From a virus (taxonomy: Duplodnaviria; Caudoviricetes), in IMG/VR virus record IMGVR_UViG_3300025300_000071, positions 1-28,867 of that record: 28,867 bases of DNA. One strand, written 5' to 3'. A program made the position numbers and the translations under genes. This document shows positions 26,771 through 28,867 of the stretch, one piece after another. Every line of letters starts with the position of its first letter. Positions within the stretch are counted from its first letter, which is position 1. Below the pieces are notes generated by a model. That model had not been told where the DNA came from and searched no databases. It saw nothing but the letters and a program-made list of their open reading frames with translations.

Positions 26771-26983
26771 TTAGGGATTGGGGTTGTCCTCTGGAACTAA
26801 ATCTTCAACCTCTAATCCCTCTGCTAGATAAGAGCAATCAACTTTATATGAAGTATAAATAATCGTTTTCCCATTCTTATCTTCGAGAGGGTTTCCATCA
26901 TCATCAAGTCTGTAAAAGGTTACATCCCATACAGATATATTGTTATATTCATTATTAATAACATCTTCTATTGGTTTACTCAT
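26771..26983 (-). CDS. Small acidic protein, paralogue of 27729-27920
   Basis: DVTFYRLDDDGNPLEDKNG...LEVEDL; AAGGAG RBS. Confidence 0.8.
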   Translation of the reverse strand: MSKPIEDVINNEYNNISVWDVTFYRLDDDGNPLEDKNGKTIIYTSYKVDCSYLAEGLEVEDLVPEDNPNP

Positions 26984-27524
26984 TAGTTTTCTCCTTCTCT
27001 AAATACTTTAATTGTTCTTCTACAGTTTCTTTGATGTGGTCATACCCTATATATCCCCAACAAGACTCAACATCATCTGAATCATGTCGAGATTCGTCCT
27101 TCTTATAAATTTGGTAGCCATAAACTTCCCCATTACAGTAATCTGAAAATTCGTCTATTTCTGCTATCAAATTCTTCCCAGCTTGGTCTAAGTTAAGTTT
27201 GCCAAAACATTCAATAATCTCTGCATGAGATACGAATATATAACCTATCTGTCCACTATCCCATTTACAGTTAAAAGGTGTAGTTCTAAGAGCAATACCA
27301 GAATGTTCGTACATATATACAGGTAAAGATAAAATATCTTCCTTTTGGATATGCTCTAACAATTCTTCCTTTGTCCAATCATTGTTATCTGAATAGTTAT
27401 ATCTTGAATGAAATGCGATTATAGTTCCCAAATTATCATCTTCTCTAGGATTAAACGGAGATGTGTCAAACTGTATATTGGCAACGTAGTTTTTACTTTC
27501 TATAGTTTCTAAAATATCACTCAT
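26976..27524 (-). CDS. Conserved early-region protein of unknown function
   Basis: NPREDDNLG, LPVYMYEHSG, WDSGQIG, GEVYGY, SCWGYIG motifs. Confidence 0.85.
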   Translation of the reverse strand: MSDILETIESKNYVANIQFDTSPFNPREDDNLGTIIAFHSRYNYSDNNDWTKEELLEHIQKEDILSLPVYMYEHSGIALRTTPFNCKWDSGQIGYIFVSHAEIIECFGKLNLDQAGKNLIAEIDEFSDYCNGEVYGYQIYKKDESRHDSDDVESCWGYIGYDHIKETVEEQLKYLEKEKTNE

Positions 27525-27736
27525 TAGCTTTGTCCTTTTTCATATTCTTGTTCAATTTTTTCTGTTGTAAATCTGTCTGCCCACATTGTTTCGTTATCTG
27601 TAATATCAGCATTACAAATAATTACTTCAGACTGATCTTTATGTTGGACATAGAGATTTAAGTGACCATCACTATCTGAACACACTTCTATTTTCCAATC
27701 TTTTATCTTATGTTTTTGATATTCGTGTTTACTCAT
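27524..27736 (-). CDS. Hypothetical small acidic protein
   Basis: GAGGAG RBS; TAATG coupling to the next gene. Confidence 0.75.
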   Translation of the reverse strand: MSKHEYQKHKIKDWKIEVCSDSDGHLNLYVQHKDQSEVIICNADITDNETMWADRFTTEKIEQEYEKGQS

Positions 27737-27920
27737 TAGCTTTCTCCTCTAAGTCTTCAACTTGCATATCGTCACAAAGATATTCAAGAGGTTTTAGTCT
27801 TCCTTCGTGATGAAACTCTTTTATAGTTCCGTCTTTGTTTAGTAGTGCATTACCCTCTTCATCAGACACATAAAATGTTATATCTAATACATTTATATTT
27901 ACATATAGCTTTTCACTCAT
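27729..27920 (-). CDS. Small acidic protein, paralogue of 26771-26983
   Basis: DITFYVSDEEGNALLNKDG...MQVEDL; AAGGAG RBS. Confidence 0.8.
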   Translation of the reverse strand: MSEKLYVNINVLDITFYVSDEEGNALLNKDGTIKEFHHEGRLKPLEYLCDDMQVEDLEEKANE

Positions 27921-28210
27921 TTGCGGTCTCCTTTTGAATCATTAATCTTAGGGTGGTCGCAAGAATCTAGGTCGTCACAATAGTATTTATCTAAAAAACA
28001 TTTTTCTTTCAAGTGCGTAGAAGCCATCTTGCCTAAATGATATAAATGATGGGGCGATCTCTGCATTCGTGCCGATAAATTTTCTATTAAATTATCATGA
28101 CTGTTCTTTTTCCAAACTGTATCTGGCAGAACTGAGTTGTCGTTTTCGTCTGTACTATTTAAAATATGGTACGCAACTTCTACTAAGTCTTTTATTTCTT
28201 GTTTCCTCAT
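27917..28210 (-). CDS. Hypothetical protein
   Basis: AAGGAG RBS; ATGA overlaps at both ends. Confidence 0.75.
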   Translation of the reverse strand: MRKQEIKDLVEVAYHILNSTDENDNSVLPDTVWKKNSHDNLIENLSARMQRSPHHLYHLGKMASTHLKEKCFLDKYYCDDLDSCDHPKINDSKGDRK

Positions 28211-28341
28211 TTGCGGTCTCCTTTTGTTTGCGGTCTGCTTGCGGTCTGTTTATCCAGATGCAGGCCAACCAGGTTTATAAAATCTTCCAGCTCGTTAGCG
28301 GTAATGCGTACACTACCGACTTGGGTTATCCATTTAGGCAT
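28207..28341 (-). CDS. 44-aa protein (MPKWITQVG...KGDRK), not in the ORF track
   Basis: Translated by hand; AAGGAG RBS; ATGA coupling. Confidence 0.7.
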   Translation of the reverse strand: MPKWITQVGSVRITANELEDFINLVGLHLDKQTASRPQTKGDRK

Positions 28342-28353
28342 GTGAGATCTCCT

Positions 28354-28527
28354 TTATTCAAAATCTTTTGGGTTAAATTCTTCGTAATCAACAGAAGGAC
28401 AGACTTCGCCTTCTGTTTCTCCTCTTAGATTGTATAAGGCTCTCCTTTCTGCTTTAGCTAAAGATTCAGCTCTAACAGAATAGTAACCAACTTTTTCTTC
28501 TCTAACTCGTATGTGATAGGTTTTCAT
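28354..28527 (-). CDS. 57-aa protein (MKTYHIRVRE...DFE), not in the ORF track
   Basis: Translated by hand; GAGGAG upstream; TAATG coupling. Confidence 0.7.
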   Translation of the reverse strand: MKTYHIRVREEKVGYYSVRAESLAKAERRALYNLRGETEGEVCPSVDYEEFNPKDFE

Positions 28528-28667
28528 TATCCTAACTCCTCATCATCCCATTCAAACTCCCAACCAAGTTTGAGACATAATTTCTTATACGTTGCTCTAC
28601 CACTTGAAGTCATTCTTTGATATTCCCAACCTAAATCATCTACTAAGTCTTTGATTTCTTTACTCAT
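28527..28667 (-). CDS. 46-aa protein (MSKEIKDLV...EELG), not in the ORF track
   Basis: Translated by hand; AAGGAG RBS. Confidence 0.7.
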   Translation of the reverse strand: MSKEIKDLVDDLGWEYQRMTSSGRATYKKLCLKLGWEFEWDDEELG

Positions 28668-28866
28668 GGTTGTTCTCCTTTAAGTTGACAGTAAGTAAAT
28701 GATTGTCTCCAAAGAGATTGTTTAATTCTTCTTTAAACTCTTTACTGTACAAATCTCTTGGTGTGCTAATCAGTTGGTCAAACTTTGCCCTAAGAATTTT
28801 GTTGTCAATGGTGTCTCGAAACTGTTTTTCTTCTCCGTGTCCGTAGTGTTCTTCAATCTCTTGATA
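28660..28866 (-). CDS. 3' end of a gene truncated by the window edge
   Basis: Open frame YQEIEEH...KENNHE*; overlaps the next start as other genes in the array do. Confidence 0.65.
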   Translation of the reverse strand, partial: YQEIEEHYGHGEEKQFRDTIDNKILRAKFDQLISTPRDLYSKEFKEELNNLFGDNHLLTVNLKENNHE

Positions 28867-28867
28867 G

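Larger units (their letters stand above)
1..28867. mobile_element. Tailed dsDNA phage genome segment (podovirus-like)
   Basis: Dense, translationally coupled genes for lysis, virion/ejection, recombination, primase-helicase and TerS; no host housekeeping genes or att site seen. Confidence 0.95.

Noticed and set aside
28069-28428. 119-aa plus-strand hydrophobic ORF
   Set aside because: Antisense to three coupled minus-strand genes that have clear RBSs

Overview
This window is part of a tailed dsDNA phage genome (podovirus-like, P22/marine uvMED-type gene order), with no rRNA, tRNA, CRISPR, integrase, terminase large subunit, portal, capsid or DNA polymerase visible. 1-18144 (+): lysis and virion genes, including a probable o-spanin, T4-like lysozyme, tail nozzle, a W/Q/D-repeat protein, a GNAT protein, ejection proteins and a 3081-aa polyvalent protein (HExxH peptidase, two ART-like modules, Zeta-like kinase, LPD38). 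18156-21387 (-): recombination/early operon (HTH, DUF669, AAA_24/Sak4-like, DUF3310). 21500-26763 (+), GC-rich: Cro-like HTH, prim-pol/AAA_25 helicase, C5 DNA methyltransferase, an iteron/DnaA-box ori-like region and a TerS-like gene. 26771-28867 (-): AT-rich array of short genes with conserved junctions. The most striking element is the dual-coded methyltransferase. A fully nested +1-frame ORF has its own RBS, a clamp-binding-like N-terminus, 5-6 tandem TRD-like modules and the motif IX missing from the main frame. All family assignments come from motif recognition by eye, without database searches.
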